From NCBI GenBank assembly GCA_964016885.1, contig OZ024741.1, positions 163,060,001 through 163,124,000 on the forward strand: a stretch of DNA of 64,000 nucleotides, read 5' to 3'. A model generated the notes under the pieces. That model ran no database searches. It had not been told where the DNA came from and saw only the letters and a program-made list of their open reading frames with translations. This DNA is from Eledone cirrhosa (Eukaryota). How positions within the stretch are numbered: position 1 is the first letter of the stretch; each line of letters opens with the position of its first letter. Position numbers and translations under genes: made by a program. Positions 63,557 to 64,000 of this stretch are shown here, piece by piece.

Positions 63557-64000
63557 ATTATATGTAAACCTAAAGAGATTTGAATGAATATTTTGCGGAT
63601 AAGAATAAAAGTTATTTTTATAAACGTGTTATTTCTAAGTACTCTCACTGAAAAACAAAACTAAAACATCATTAGTATGAATGTATGTATAGTATATTTC
63701 ATAATATACTGTATGTTTAATTAAAAACACTTTGAAGACCATTCGCTATGAATTTTAAAGTAGTGACTACGTCACTTACCTATTCCTGACAAAAACAAAG
63801 AGGAGTAATCGACAGTCCTGTTTCTCGCTCGTTAGTGGTTATCAAAACTACTTACCCCTTCGCTTTTGCCGATAATTATAGAAGCTGGACTCTTATAGAA
63901 TTCCAGTAAAGTTTAAGAGCTGATTAAACAGAGCAGTTGCCAATACAGCAAACATTAGGTATTAGTATTGTGTTCTGAAATAGCGATGTATATATGAATG

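Overview
Eukaryotic, AT-rich, microsatellite-dense DNA made almost entirely of transposable elements. The SINE families and repeat landscape resemble an octopus/coleoid cephalopod genome (inference from recalled repeats, no search run). The core is a ~42 kb cluster of microsatellite-associated non-LTR retrotransposons: three head-to-tail Tx1/L1-clade copies ending in (TCTA)n (14.9-30.6 kb; the middle copy is intact except for one CGA>TGA), four minus-strand Dong/R4-type RLE copies in (TAA)n (35.9-44.1 kb), and two Tx1 copies of a second family in (ATT)n (44.7-56.5 kb). The flanks hold Penelope-like fragments with fold-back palindromes and a hammerhead motif, RTE and I-like LINE relics, Chapaev3 relics, a hAT-like MITE, a tandem Helitron pair and many tRNA-derived SINEs. 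Most notable observation: all five Tx1 copies carry a 5' splice donor (GTRRGT) at the end of ORF1, overlapping the stop in four of them. In three copies the ORF2 stop position is also a pyrimidine-tract/YAG acceptor. The whole EN-RT ORF2 therefore looks like one spliceosomal intron whose removal regenerates an identical ORF1 protein in copies A1 and A2. The dominant SINE also shares its 3' end with these Tx1 elements. No host protein-coding gene could be firmly identified; candidate minus-strand exons lie at the far right end.
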